A stretch of DNA of 64,000 nt, taken from positions 1,116,001 to 1,180,000 of the forward strand of contig CP145411.1 in assembly GCA_036867785.1 (NCBI GenBank), read 5' to 3'. Below are positions 39,193 through 52,470 of this stretch, piece after piece (position 1 is the stretch's first letter; every line of letters begins with the position of its first letter). This stretch comes from Plasmodiophora brassicae (taxonomy: Eukaryota). Made by a program: the position numbers and the translations under genes. A model generated the notes under the pieces. The model saw only the letters and a program-made list of their open reading frames with translations. It did not search any database and was not told where the DNA came from.

Positions 39193-39534
39193 CGCGCTCC
39201 CACAGCAGAGCCCACCCCAGCGCCTGTGCCGGGTACGCCCGGTGCTGTTTTCTACCGTTGCCGACGCCGCGTGCCAGTCTGGACGGGTCGTCGTGGCAAC
39301 AGATTCGACCCGGAGTGGCTGAACGACACTGCCAAACCCAAGCCTATAATTAACGCCGGCTCCTGCCTGCCCGATCGGTTATCGCCTGATCGACCAACGG
39401 CGTCAAGGGTCGCGCAGAGTCGAGATTGTTCCAGTCGGAGGCGCGGAGTACAAAGCAGTCGGGCGGACCGTGCGCGGACCGTGCGGCAAGTAGCCCGTGT
39501 GGCGTGTCTCCCTCTCTCTCTCCGTGGACGCGCC

Positions 39535-40815
39535 ATGGACTCCACGGCGAGGTTAGTGCCGAGCGCCGCCGTCGGCCCCCGCGACCGGTACCATCTCGTG
39601 TACGTCATCATGGCGGTGCTGGGCGCCGGCCTGCTCTGGCCGTACAACACGATCATCAGCGTGCCGGAATACTTTGCGCAGGCGTATCCGGGCAAGCACG
39701 CGCAGTACGTTCTGCCGGCAATCCTGTCCTACCCGAGCCTGATCTTCCTGGCCATCATGGTCCGGTTCGGCCCGCGCGTCTCGTTTTCCTTCCGCATCGT
39801 GTCCTGCTTTTCCGTCATGTCCTTTCTTGTCGCCGGCGTCCCCCTAATTGCCTACATAGGATCCGAATGGTCATTTCAGGTTCTGTGCGCGCTCGTCTTC
39901 GTCCTTGGCGTCTGCCTCTCCATCATACAGTCGAGCGTGTTCGCTTTCGCCAGCAAACTTCCACCATTGTACACGCAAGCAGTCATGAGTGGCCAGGGCG
40001 TTGCTGGCATTGGCGTCTGCCTGCTGCGCATTCTGACGAAGTACATGTATCCGCCCACACCCTCTGGTGTCGCATCCGGGACCATGGTCTTCATATTCAT
40101 ATCCGCGGCTATCTCCCTTGTGTCTGTCATCGCGTACGCTGTTGCGATTCGCCAGCCTTTCACGAGACACCACCTGTCGGAATCCGCGCCGTCGTCTCCG
40201 TCCCAGTCTCGGGCATCAAGCGACATTCCTGTCAGCGGCTTCGATTTCGTCAAGGAGTCGTCGCTCGACCCTCTTGAGCAATCGACCCTGGTGCCAGTCG
40301 GCGACCGCGAAGTCAGATACCTTGTCGTGCTGCGCAAGCTATGGGCGAACGGCCTTGTGGTCGCCACCGTATTTATGGTCACATTTCTTGCTTTCCCTGG
40401 ACTGACCAGCGAACTGCGATCGTCGACCGGCATTGACCAGTCCTGGTTCACGTTATTGCTGATCACTGCGTTCAATGCAATGGACGCGATCGGCCGCACT
40501 CTGCCCGGTTGGTTTATCGTTGTTTCGCCGCGCCACCTGGCGGGTCATGCTGTCGTCCGGTTCGCGCTGTACCCCGCGTTCATTGCGTGCAAGGCAGGCG
40601 TCGCGTTCAACAACGACGCCTGGATCGTTGTCCTCATCGTTTTGCTGGCGTTCACGAACGGGTACTACGCGTCCATCGGCATGATGAACACGACGCTGTA
40701 CGTCGAACCCCATGAGAACGAAGCCGCCGGCGCCATCATGTCGTTCTTCCTCATGGCGGGCATCATTGCTGGCATGCAGGCCGCCATCATCCTCAGACCT
40801 CTACTTCCTGCTTAG
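39535..40815 (+). CDS. Equilibrative nucleoside transporter (SLC29/ENT), intronless
   Basis: LGAGLLWPYNTII, YTQAVMSGQGVAG, VFMVTFLAFPG, FNAMDAIGR, LAFTNGY, E.AGAIMSFFLMAGI; about 11 TM segments. Confidence 0.93.
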   Translation: MDSTARLVPSAAVGPRDRYHLVYVIMAVLGAGLLWPYNTIISVPEYFAQAYPGKHAQYVLPAILSYPSLIFLAIMVRFGPRVSFSFRIVSCFSVMSFLVAGVPLIAYIGSEWSFQVLCALVFVLGVCLSIIQSSVFAFASKLPPLYTQAVMSGQGVAGIGVCLLRILTKYMYPPTPSGVASGTMVFIFISAAISLVSVIAYAVAIRQPFTRHHLSESAPSSPSQSRASSDIPVSGFDFVKESSLDPLEQSTLVPVGDREVRYLVVLRKLWANGLVVATVFMVTFLAFPGLTSELRSSTGIDQSWFTLLLITAFNAMDAIGRTLPGWFIVVSPRHLAGHAVVRFALYPAFIACKAGVAFNNDAWIVVLIVLLAFTNGYYASIGMMNTTLYVEPHENEAAGAIMSFFLMAGIIAGMQAAIILRPLLPA

Positions 40816-41082
40816 TAACAAACGTTCGCTGCAGTGCGGGCAGTGGCTCTGACTTGCGAGGAGGGTATTGCGTTTTTTCTTCCCCTTTGCTGAGTCTGTA
40901 CACGTCACGCACTTTCGGCAGGGACCCGTTCACCGACGCACTGCGGCGGACGGTGCGACTGCGAAGGCTGCAACCTGCCAGTGGGCAGTGGCCGGCAGCA
41001 GCAGGCGTACGGCGTACCCGACCCGTGCGGAGGTCGCTATTTTTGCGCGATCGGTCGGTGACTTGGCGGGCCCAGTGCCTTA

Positions 41083-42193
41083 ATGGCTGCCGGACGGGCG
41101 CTCAGTGACGAGCTCGCCGATGCGGCTGCCCGCTGGGCGTTTGCGACCTACTCGTTGGACAAGGCGGTGCCCGCCGGTTCGACACTGCGGATCGGCGGCA
41201 ACCGGGAGGAGAACCCGGCGGTTCTGCTCGAGGACCATCCGTGCGATCTGACCGAGATCCAGGTCGTTGAGGGCTCGGGCGCCTCCCTGGCCGTTGTCGG
41301 TGTGTCTCGTGGGGCCATCGATATCGGCGACAACGTTTGCCGGCGAGTAGGTAAGGTTTCCGCCGACTTTCGCCGTTCGATCAGGCGAATTGATCGGGCC
41401 ATTGTGTAGTCGTCGTTGGTTTCCGAGGGACAGTCGTGAACTCGTCGTCGAATTGGGCGACGAACCTCATGGCCATGAAACGCCCACATTGCCCTGGCAG
41501 CACGGCGCATGTTCATGCTGGGTACCTGAGACACTGGAGGCATCTGCAGGCGGCTGGCCTGACGCGCGCCGTTGTCGACAAGGCGTTTGCCGCCGACCGC
41601 GATAGCGTCCTGGTTGTCACTGGTCATTCGCTCGGCGGCGCCGTAGCGCAGATTGCTGCGCTCGAGCTGACCGAGCTGATTGACCGCGAGGTCATTGTCT
41701 ACGCGTATGGTGCACCGAGGTTCGGCAACGTTGGATGTCCTTGTTGTGCGAGACGTATTGAACGTGGCGCAGGTTTGTTTGCGATGCCACGTTCGACGAG
41801 GCGTACAAGTTCAGCGTTCGGACGTCACATCGAATTGAGCACCTGTCGGACCCGATTCCCCGGTTTCACGAATACGTTCCGCAGCAGTTGCTGAAGCTCG
41901 CCGCCTGCGTCCCGGTTCAGAGCGCCGTCCGGCTGTTTATCAACGGGGCGTCGCAGGTGCCGTTCCTGACAGCAGTGTGTCAGAGAAACCTGGCCCCTCT
42001 GGCAGATCGCGTCCTCGGGCTCATTCCAGCGTCGGTGGTCCCGATGTCCTCGGTCCACCCCTCGATTCGTGTCTTTGCTGTGGGCGTCCTCGTTGGTATC
42101 ACGGCGCACAGCATCTGGGTCGACTTCAAATCGCATGGGTCGTACGCAGACAAGTTCCTTGTCTTCGTTGAGCCACCCGAGCCGATAATATAA
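41083..42193 (+). CDS. Class 3 lipase (3 exons)
   Basis: VGFRGT, VHAGY, VTGHSLGGAVA, YAYGAPR, DPIP, SHGSY. Confidence 0.88.
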
Positions 42194-42200
42194 TGATTGT

Positions 42201-42264
42201 ATTGTAAAGATGGAAGTCAGTAGTAGGATGGCATTGTAGAAATGGAAGTCTGTAGTAGGATGGC
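42201..42264. repeat. Tandem 2 x 32-bp duplication in a convergent intergenic gap
   Basis: ATTGTAAAGATGGAAGTCAGTAGTAGGATGGC / ATTGTAGAAATGGAAGTCTGTAGTAGGATGGC (29/32 identical). Confidence 0.85.
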
Positions 42265-42296
42265 AGCAGTGAAGTATGGCAACAACGTCCATTCAA

Positions 42297-43797
42297 CTAA
42301 GCATTCGACACTTCGCCATGGTCGGGAGTCGCGTCTTCACTGTTGAAGATGTCCTCGAGGAATCGGTTCAGGAACCTGGACCGTGGGTCCAGGCGACGCC
42401 GCAGCGCCTGGAAATCGGCCCATCGAGGGAAAAGGTCGGCAGGGCGCCAGAGATCGGGACAGAAGTGCTTGCTAAACACAGATGCCCAAATGAGTGAGAC
42501 TGCAAGAGAGGAGTCACTGCACAGAAACGTACCCGAAGTGAGGAATTCCTCCGCATGGAGCAAGTGCCACCTGTAACTCCCTCATCATCTCCATACCACC
42601 CTCCACCCAGGTGCCGTCCCCGGCAAGGTAGACCAGGAACCCAATGTAGCAAACAGGACCAGCATTGGCAGGCGATATCCACGCCTTGGACTGGCCCGTA
42701 CACCTGAAGATGAAAGGGTAATGCAACCGCTGGATGCCGCCGTGCGTGTCCAGCCAGGAGCGGAGCGCACACAGGGCATCGGCAAACCGGTCGAGCGGGA
42801 CAGCAATCTCACAGTTGATCTGCGGCACGGGGATCCCCTTGCAGACGATCTCGTGCAGGTACCCGGCCTGGTCTGACGTGTTCCTGAACCGCTCGATCGT
42901 GGCGAACTGGCACCCGTGCCGAACGGCATCCTTCGTGTGCGCCGACATCTTCTCGCTGACAACGTCAATCGTCCCGTTCAGCGTCTTGTCAACAGCAGCA
43001 GGCGCGGCGGGCAACCCGCCTGAATCAGGAGACGACTCGTCGATCCTCCACAGGTGGACCAGGTCGGTGTCAGGGTACCACCAGGCCTTGCAGAACTCGG
43101 ATTCCTGGTTCCATTGCAGGAAACTGGACGCGAACTCCTTGTACGCCACGTTGTTCTTGCGACATAGGAAGTACCTGATAGGCACAGTCCTGATCGTGAT
43201 CGAGCGGATCACGCCAAGGACGCCCAGCGAGCAGATGTACGCGCCCAGGTTCTCGTCGTCCTCGTCGATGTCCACGACATCGCCGTCCGGGTGTACAATA
43301 CGAACGCCGGTCACCATATCGCTCAACGCCGATTGCTTCATGCCCTGGCCATGGCTTCCAGTCGATATGGCGCCAGCCAAGGTCTGGATCCCGATCACGC
43401 CCGGCGAGCACGGCATCATCAGCCCTCGTTTGAACAGCTCGCTGATGACGACATCAACGGGGGTCCCAGCGCCGAACCGGGCTCGACCTTCACCTATCTC
43501 CTCCAAGCCGACGAAGTTGCCCATGTCGATCATGACGCCCGCGTCCTCCGGGTCGACGGCAGCGACCGCTTCGAAGGTCAGACCGGAACCGACTGCTTTC
43601 ACGCGACGATACCGCTGATCGCGAACAACGCCAATGATTTCCTCCATGGTCGTCGGGCGCACGATCTGATCGCGTCGTGCCAGGCGCGTGATCCCGCTCC
43701 AGTTCATGAGATCCGACGACGTCGCCGCCCGTTCCGCCGACGTAATCGGCGGGAACAGGTGCCGTGCTGCCTCAGCGGCCTTCTCAACGACGTTCAT
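42297..43797 (-). CDS. FAD-linked aldonolactone oxidoreductase (GULO/ALO/GLDH family; 2 exons)
   Basis: NWSG, KAVGSG, QTLAGAISTGSHG, SLGVLGVI, EIAVP, GGIPHFGK, W..F...RRRLDP..RFLN. Confidence 0.9.
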
Positions 43798-44195
43798 CAG
43801 GTCACGAATCGAAATCGGGTGTCACGTGGGCACGCGCACGTCGCGCGCACGTCGCGCGCCCACGGATCTGATCCGTCAACCGCCACTGTGCAAACCTGAC
43901 CTGGGTGACTGTACGGCGGCGCCTCGCATTGAACCCCAAACTGCGCGACTCACTCGGAGGCGTCGGTTCGACGCCACCCATGTCATCTGCAGCTCCTGGC
44001 AGCTGCGTAACCGCTACTGCGCGACGCTGACGCAGGTGCAGCTCCGGCCGTGGGCTGCGTGCAACCCGGAGCGGCGTCTCAAAGTGGCGAGAGATGCGAA
44101 GCAAGGGGGATCGATCTGGTCCTCTATGACCTGCAGGGTTCGGAAGCGGTACGTACGCATCGACCCAGCGCCAACGGACGGGTTCCCGGGCGACG

Positions 44196-45595
44196 ATGGA
44201 GCAGCGCGTCTATCCGTGGCGGGACCGGCCGACGGAACTGGTCCGCCAGCGAATGGATGAGGCGGTCGCCTCCCGCCTGTTCTTGGTCCAGGTCAGGGGA
44301 GCCGGTTGCGCGCACGTATATGTCTCCGGACGGGCTCAATCGTCATTTGTAGGAGCGCGGGCCGACCTCGTTCGTCGTCATGTCCGATGATAGGCGCAAG
44401 TACCGTGTCCTCATTGGGGCGCAGCAGCAGTGCTCGTGCCGTGACGTCGCCGAGCTCTGCATCCACCTCCTGTTCGTCATGATCAAGGTTCTTCGCGTCC
44501 CAGCAGATAACCCGCTCGCCTGGCAGAGGTCGCTGCTGGACAGCGAGGTGTCGCAGATCCTGGCGGGCAAGCACCTTCGCATGTCAGCCCGAACCGCACC
44601 TCCCCGCCCCGCTGGGCCTCACGGCACACGTGTTCTGCAACGGCCGCTCGACGATGACGATTCGTGTCCGATCTGCATGGACCAGATGCACCCTGGGCAG
44701 GACCTGTCCTACTGTCGGTCCAGCTGCGGCAACAGCTTCCATCTTCGTTGCATCCAGGTCTACGCTCAACACAAACAGTCGATGAAGGAGCCGGTCACCT
44801 GCCCGCTGTGCCGCACCGACAACTTCCCGCAGCCGGCGCCCGCCCGCCTCCCGAAACAGGCCACGTGTCACGCGCGCGTACAATGTGCCGCCTGTGGCAC
44901 GAGACGCATGTGCGGCGTCAGGTGGACCTGCGCCCTGTGCCCTGTGTTCGACTTGTGCGAGGCGTGTTCCCGCACGCAGATCAAGTCGCACCCGCACCGC
45001 ACCGCCTTCGTCGTGAAGCGATCGCCTTTGGATCGTGCCTTTACGGCTGCCTGCGACGACCGGCCGCTAGCAGCGGCGCTTGCCGCCATGCTCCCCCAGG
45101 GTACGTCTCCGCGTTCGGTGCTCGGGGCACGTAGCAGTGACGGTGCGTGGCGCAGGTGCGGGCGACGGCAACTGTGTGTACTGCGTGGGTGAATGCCCGG
45201 GCGATACCAGACTGCGGTCCCTGCCATGTGGGCACGTCGCGCATCACGGGTGCATCGTGGCGGAAGCTGATCGGGACCCGCGGGTCGTCTGCGGCATCGA
45301 CGGGTGCGTTGCGTTTCCGGGCCTGGCACCGCGCCGACGGGCGCAGACGTCGGCGCCGTCGGTGGAGCGAACACCGCCGGCATCCGCCGAGGGCATGCGG
45401 GGCGTCAGGCTAACACCTCGGACGGTGGGCGACCGTCAGCATTCGATCGTGATGATTGGCGGGCACGTGTCGATGACGAGTGCCCGGTTCGGCCGGCGGG
45501 CGTCAGGCGCGCCCGCCGCTGCCAGCCGCGTCTGCAAAGGACTGACGCTGGCGGGTCGTTCGTTGACGGCAGGCCCGTCCCGGACCACGCTGTGA
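44196..45595 (+). CDS. ZSWIM2: ZSWIM2/MEX-like E3 ligase (SWIM-RING-ZZ-RING)
   Basis: GPTSF, CSC..LCIHLLFVMIKVLRVP..WQRSL, CPICMD..C..SCGNSFH..C..CPLCR, ZZ finger, C-terminal LPCGH RING. Confidence 0.88.
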
Positions 45596-45757
45596 TGGCG
45601 TCGTAGACGATGGTGGCACCCGCCAGACGATAAAGTACAATCTGGACATGTATTATGGACTTGGGACGTCGCACAGGATGGAGGAACGGTCGCATTTCGT
45701 GTGGTGACCCCTGGGCCCACGGCGCTAGGTGCAATCTCGACGAGTTCGCGCCAGTGA

Positions 45758-47813
45758 TTACGCGGGGCCGGCAGACGAGTTCTCGCCGGGGTTCGCGGGC
45801 GCGACGGACCCCTTCGGGACGTACCGTTTGTTTCCGAAACGTCGTCTGCCGCCCCCTCTGCCTCTTCGCGATTCCGTTCCCGTCGCTGGCTTCTCCGACG
45901 ACCTGGCGGCATCAGCCGGAGCGGGTGCGGGACCCGTTGGTGCTGGGGATTCGGATCTCTCGGCAGCAGCGCCCTTGGCAGGTGGCACGTCTGCAGGTGG
46001 GGCAGCAGCGGGTTTCTCTGCAGGAGCAGCCGAGTTGCCACCCTCCTTGCTGGCCCACCGGCGCTGAGCGCGCTTCTTCTTGAACGCGTCCTGTGGTCGA
46101 CGCTTGGCCGCAGTGGGCGCAGGAGGTGCAGAGGCCACTGGGGCGGTCGACGCTGCGCTGGGCTGTTCGGACGTCGGTTCAGTCGGTCGCCGAGCCGGTT
46201 GCCCAGGAGCGCTCGCAGCAGGTTTCGGCGGGACGGACAACGAAGAGCGATGCGGATGCTGTTGCTCCTGGTGCGGACGAACCCCAGAACGGTAGGCGGA
46301 CACCGATGCGTTCTTGCGACTCAGATGCCGAGACAGCAACTGGGCATTGTCGACGATGACGGGCGACGATGCCTGTGCCCCCCAGCCGTTGACAGACGCA
46401 GGGGACACGGGCGTCGTTGGCTCAGAGACGCACGCCTCCCTGGAGCGCCAGGCCGGCGTCTGTGGCGTCGACTCGGCGGCGGCGGCATCCTTGGAGCGCC
46501 AGGACAGCGTTGCAGAGGGGATTGGAGGAGGGATCCTAGGGCCAGCACCATCCGCGTGTCTGTACGCCTGACGCGGAATCGGCTTGCGTCGCGTTGGAAC
46601 AGGGAATTCAGTCGTCGGCGTGGCATCAGAAGCGCGGTCCTTCGGCGCTGGGGTCCACGACATCTGATGGCCGCCTTGTTTGACTGGGCCCGGTCGAACA
46701 GCAGCTGGCGCGGACGACTCCGGCGATGACTTCGAGGAGGCTGGTGGTGGCCCTGATGCAGACGGTGCGCCTTCTGCAGACGGTTCAGCTTCCTTTGGCC
46801 TCTGCATGATCTTCACCGGCTTATGCGCTTCCGAAGACGGCGCCGCCGGATCCGAGGGCGGCTTTGCAGGCGTGGTATCCGATGGCTCAGCGCTGGATTT
46901 CAGAGACGTGGGGGACGCGACCGGCTCCGCATCGGGGGCATCTCCCTTCGCAGCGGCCTTCCTTCGTTCAAGATCGGCCAGTTTCTGTCGGAGCCTCGCC
47001 TCCCGCGCTTCCTTTTCACGCTGCTCCTCCTGCAGCCTGCGCTCCTTCGCCTTGGTGGCCAGATCCTTCATCAGCTGCTCCTGCGCTGGGCCCAGTTCGG
47101 GAGGTGGTGCTGGCGACGATTGCGTTGGGGCTGCTGGATCGGCAGGTGGTGGCGGTGGCGGTACCGTTGCTGGCGTTGCTTCCGGCTGCTTCTTCAAAAT
47201 CGTATGCGGCTGAGACGGCTTGCGAATCGTCGCCGGACGCCACTGGGACGATGACCCAACTGATTCAGCCGCCCTTCGCATAGTGCTTTCGGGCTGTTGT
47301 CCCTGCTTGCTGTTGCTGTCGAACACAGGCGGCGGCTCCTGCTTGAACACAACCGGTTTCGAGAAATCCATCGCATCGTCCTTAATATCATTCCATCCGC
47401 GACGTGGTGGCGGCGGGGACACCTCCCGATCCCAGGAACTGACGTTAACGTCGACCCCGAACACGTTCTCGACTGGAGCCTTCTTCGACGACCCTTCGGG
47501 ATCAGACGGTCGCGGCGGCGCCGTCCACGTCTTCACCTCGGGGGCCGGCGGCGGCGGCGGGGCGGGTTTCGATCCCCAGCCTGCCGTCCCCGACGGCACG
47601 ATTTCAACGTTTTGTTCACTGCCAGGGTTCGACCGCCTCATGCTGGGGACCTGAATGGGACGCGGACCGCCCTTCCTGGCGGGCGCCGCTGCGCCCTGTT
47701 TCCCTCTCGATGACCCTGCGCGACACACCCGGTCAGCAAACGACGCGTGCGGCAGCGCGCGTTGCGCAGGACACGATCCCCGAACCTAATGTGGAGTAGC
47801 CGGTCGACGACAT
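45758..47813 (-). CDS. PRRC2/BAT2_N-like low-complexity protein (2 exons)
   Basis: PRPIQVPSMRRSNPGSEQNVEIVPSGTAGWGS, W..D.MDFSKP..F, charged coiled coil AKERRLQEEQRE, RGG tail. Confidence 0.7.
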
Positions 47814-48069
47814 ACGCCCCGGTACAGATACGACTTGAATTGTGAAGGCCGTCGTCTCTCTGCAATAGCGCGCGATGGCCGTGGGCGGCCGATGGGACGA
47901 AAAACTGCGCAGTCACGGAGTTAGCTGGACGCCACTCGCGACCCACGTATGTACTACTGGACAGGCATCTGGAAGCTCCCTGTTGGTAACGAACCTCCCG
48001 CCTGCCCTGCATTCTGGCCACCTGCTGGGATACGCGCACCTAGGGCACATGCGAAGATATACAACGAGT

Positions 48070-50638
48070 TCATTTTTCGGTGCTGCTGTCGGATGCTCGT
48101 CGGGCAATGCTGAAATCGCCCAAGTCGCTGCCGGGCTTCAGCAGAAGGTCGTTTTCGTTGGCCAGATGCAACAGGCACACGAAGAACAGCTGGATAGACA
48201 TGGATTCTCGTGACGAATCCGGAACCGATCTGACACGTATAATTAGACATCCGGGCAGAGGCATGACCGATCAGATGGTCCGACATTGACTTGACGCTTT
48301 CGCTGAATGATGGCCAGGCACCGTGATCATCACCCTGCTCAGACCGCACGTCTGGATCGACGATTTCTTGCGGGTTTTCTGCAACCTGACACTGATCAAC
48401 TGTCAGCGGTGGAGCGTCTTCGGTCTTGCGCTCAAGCGTCGCCCATAGGGTATGCTTGACGGCTTTGATGTCAACTCGTTTGGCTGATTTGGCGAAGTCG
48501 ATGTCAACCTTCTCAGCCATTCTAGGCTGCTCAACCAGGTCCAGTTCTGTCTGAGCAAAGCCAAACGGATGATCACCGTCATAATCGTCGTCAGAAGGAC
48601 CACCGGGACAAAAGTTCAGCTGGTCGTTGTCGTTGTTGTAATCGTAGGCCACGGATTCCACGTTTCGGCCATCGTCAAGGTCAGCAAGCCGGGCGCCACT
48701 TCCAGACATACGCATTATCACGTCAGGTCTCGCAAACAACCTGTTGATGTTCCATGTTAGGAGACTAGACTAGACAAGCATTCACGTCGCCACCGATACC
48801 TTCGAAGAGACTGGGCATCCAGGTGTAAATCAACTGGAAGAAGATAATTAGCGGCTTTCATTTTGTCGATGGTCGCTTGCGAAAGAGTATTCGTTGATCG
48901 GGCTGGATCCGCCAAACAGTCGAGGTCGACTGGAGGGCCACTGCGGTCACTTAGAGTACATTAGAACCCGACCGTTGCACACCAAGCGAACCTGAAGTCA
49001 GCAGTAGGCCCCGGTTTTCCACGCCGGACAGACTTCGTGCCAGCATCATCGCTGACATCGTCAGGAGGCGGAGCATGTCCGCCCCTGAACTTCCAATGTG
49101 ACGTGCCAGCACCAGGACCTGCCCAATGTCTGGCCAACCGATCGTCCGGCTTCGGGGTCATGCCGAACATACTGCCAAAGGCGTTCGACTGTCGAGATTG
49201 GGGAGCCGGAGATGCCCATACTGGAAGCAACGGTAGGTCGGAGGACAGCAATCCGCCACCGTTTATATCCTCTGGACAGTATGTTGGCTTTGAATCGCAG
49301 CAATTGCGCATTGCCACCACGTACCTTGCGTCAGGTCACGAGAAAGGGCTGCCTCTTGTGCAGACGCTAATTCGACTTCTGCACAAGCGTTACGCGTTGT
49401 CGGCGGTTGGACACGCGCCACACTCACCTGGACTACCGAACAGTCTATCCGCGTCGTGATCTTGGACAACTCCTTCAAATCCGTCTTCAGGGCCACCGGC
49501 GTCGTAGTCGTCATCGGCATCGTCGTACATGACACCGTGGTCATCCTGGACTTCTTCCTGCCAACGCATCAGATGAGCAATTTGCCCCGAGCAGAAACGT
49601 TGAAACGCAGACCGGAACAACACTGCTTGGTAAAACAGAGCGGTCGCTGATAGCGCCACACATGTTCTGCAGGGTTTCCGTCAACGCAGAGAGAACTAGC
49701 GGTGCGCGTTGGGAGATCTGCGACGACCAATATTCTGACAGAGACGTCATGTCAAACGCAGCTGGCGCGTCGTCTTCCATGGCTGCGTCGTCAGGGTCTG
49801 GAGTTGCAAAATCGAACACGATATTGCAGCCCTGGCCTACAGCAAGCTGGTTGAGAAGGAGCCCTCTAGCACCGCCCTCATCGAAAGACGATGCGGTTCT
49901 TTGGAACATTGGGTCGACCTCGAACAGCAGGTCAGGCAGACTTGTGAGCAGCGTTGCAGGCCGGCTCTCGAGTGTTGAGCCCATCTGAGGCGCTCGGCGC
50001 GAACGGGACTGCCGCGCAGCAGGCCTGTCTTCGTCGGCCGTATCTGCATCGTTGTAAGCATGTCGCTACACTGGCCAGTGATGGATCGCTAACCGCCTCC
50101 TTCGCTGTCTTCGCCGGTGTCGGCCGCTTGATCCGACCGGTGCAACCCACCGAGCACCTTGAACATGTCATAGTGAACGGAATCCACTCGGTACGAGTAG
50201 ATCTTGACCGAGGCATCCAGTGTACAGCTACAGGCTAACCGTCAATGTCGAAACGGGTTTTCGGATGCAACGACAACAGCGCTACCTTGCTTTCTGAAAG
50301 TTTGTCGACGTCCCTGCCTCACCAAGAACGTCGTCGATGTGGTCGATAAGAGTCAGGTCCCACGTGTTCTGCCGATTGATCTTGTTCTCGGCCGACATCT
50401 TGATACAGCGTTCGTACATTTCCGTGACGTTCTGCGACGGTTCGGCACGGCACTGAAGAATCGACTGCCGCCGACGCGACGACGTCGGCGTGTGCGACAG
50501 GCGTCGCTGCTCGCGCTGCACTCGGAGCAGCTCTCTCTCCGCCTCGTCATCGTTCCTCTCCAGCAGCGCGGGCGGCGCCCCGGGAACCTCGCCCACCACC
50601 AGCCCGAACCCGCTGCTCAGACGCCGATTACGACCCAT
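48070..50638 (-). CDS. NCAPH: Condensin I kleisin subunit CAP-H/Barren
   Basis: CIKMSAENKINRQNTW.LIDH, NFQKASCTLDASVKIYSYRVDSVH, VDPMFQRTASSFDEGGARGLLLN, WAGP..HWK, FVCLLHLANE. Confidence 0.95.
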
Positions 50639-51064
50639 TGCTGCCGACCAGGCCTGTCGACTGCAACGATAACGTCGAGGCGCGCGCGCAGCGGACGAGG
50701 CCCGTCGCCAAAACTCGTCGACCTGGTCGGTGCCGGAGACCCCAACACTGTTCGCGCCGTTTTGGCGGGCCTCCCCCGCATCGCAGTTCTCACAGAGGGC
50801 TCCCGGCTGAATATTAATGGCAGCCTGCCAAGGCGGTACATACGAGAACAGGGCCGCAGGGATGCCCTAATTCGTTGCTGCACTTTACCAAACGGCGGGA
50901 GAGTCGGTGCCGGGGTCGGATCGAGGTGGACCTGCTCGTACTCTGATGGCTCCATGATGCGGTAGGTTCGATCTCGATAGTTGACGCGTGCCATCGTGAC
51001 TCGCACTCAAGAGCGTGCACTTGTCGACTTGGTCGCGTTTGACAGTGACATTGCTGCGGTTGCA

Positions 51065-52470
51065 ATGTCTGAGGAGGTCGACAAGAATGTCGCCCGGCGC
51101 TACGAGATGTTGAAGAAACTGGGGAAGGGCGCCTATGGTATCGTTTGGAAGGCTGCCGACAAGAAGGCCGGCAAGAATGTCGCCGTGAAGAAGATATTCG
51201 ACGCATTCCAGAACGCGGGCGACGCGCAGAGGACGTTCCGGGAGATCGTCTACCTGCAGGAACTCGGCGGTCACGACAACATCATCAAGCTGGTCAACGT
51301 GCTGAAGGCGGGCAATGACATGGATATATACCTGGTCTTTGAGCTGCTCGAAACCGACGTCCACAACGTCATTAAGGCGAACATCCTCGAGGACGTCCAC
51401 AAACGGTACATCGTCTACCAAATCGCCAAGGCGCTCAAGTACGTCCACTCAGCACAGCTGATGCACCGCGACGTGAAGGTGGGCGTTCCGATTGTCGCCC
51501 GTGGCTCGTCCCGTTTAACTTGTCGTGGTCACAGCCCAGCAACGTCCTCATTGACGCGGAATGCCATGTCAAGCTGTGCGACTTTGGGCTCGCGCGATCT
51601 GTCAAAAGCCAGGAACACGAGAACAACAACGTTCTGACTGAGTATGTTGCGACGAGGTGGTATCGGGCGCCGGAGATTCTTCTAGGATCGACCATGTGAG
51701 CCAGCAGCGGCCAGTCCCGATCAGTCGTCACATTTAGCACTGACATACTGCTTGGCACGTCTCCAGGTACACAACGGCCATCGATATGTGGTCGCTTGGG
51801 TGTATTCTCGGAGAGCTCCTGAAAGGGACTCCGATGTTCCCAGGTTTGGGCGCGCGCGCGTGATCTGTCTAGTACGGCATGACATCTCATGCATCCGACT
51901 CATAGGGACGTCGACAATGAACCAGATCGAGCTGATTCTGGAGGTCACCGACCCGCCATCGGATGCTGACATCGCCGCAATCAACTCGCCGTATACTGTG
52001 ACTATGCTGGAATCACTGAAGAAGGAGAAGTCAACGTCGCTGGCGGAGCTGTTCCCTAATGCACCGCCCGATGCAATTTCACTGCTCGGTGGCTTGCTTC
52101 AGGTTGCCAACGACGTGCACGTTGGCCCGTGTGCACATTTGGCTGACGTGCCCCGTCGTAGTTCAACCCAACAAAGCGGCTCACTGCCGAGCAGGTCTTG
52201 GAACATCCGTACCTGGGGCAGTTCCACGACGCGAACAGCGAGCCGGTTTGCGACAGCGCTATCATATCAAGCATGAACGACGACAAGAAGTTTACGGTCG
52301 AGGAGTACCGTGGGACGCTCTACCAGAGCATCATCGAGCGGAAGAAGACCATCTCGCGGCAGAGCAAGGAAGCGAAGAGCAGGCGTCGCGACAAGAGCCG
52401 GAGTAGCGGCAAGTCGGGCGATGCCGATGCGGGAAGCGCCCAGGACAAACCATCCGTGGACGAGATCTAA
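51065..52470 (+). CDS. MAPK15: MAP kinase ERK7/MAPK15
   Basis: [58 protein letters not shown]. Confidence 0.95.

Noticed and set aside
38725-39534. 270-aa N-terminal extension of the ENT ORF
   Set aside because: It is antisense to SLC35B paralog B; ENT homology starts at the ATG at 39535.
41720-41772. Apparent frameshift after the lipase GAPRFGN motif
   Set aside because: A GT-AG intron (gttcgg..gcag) restores the frame as GAPRFVCDATF.
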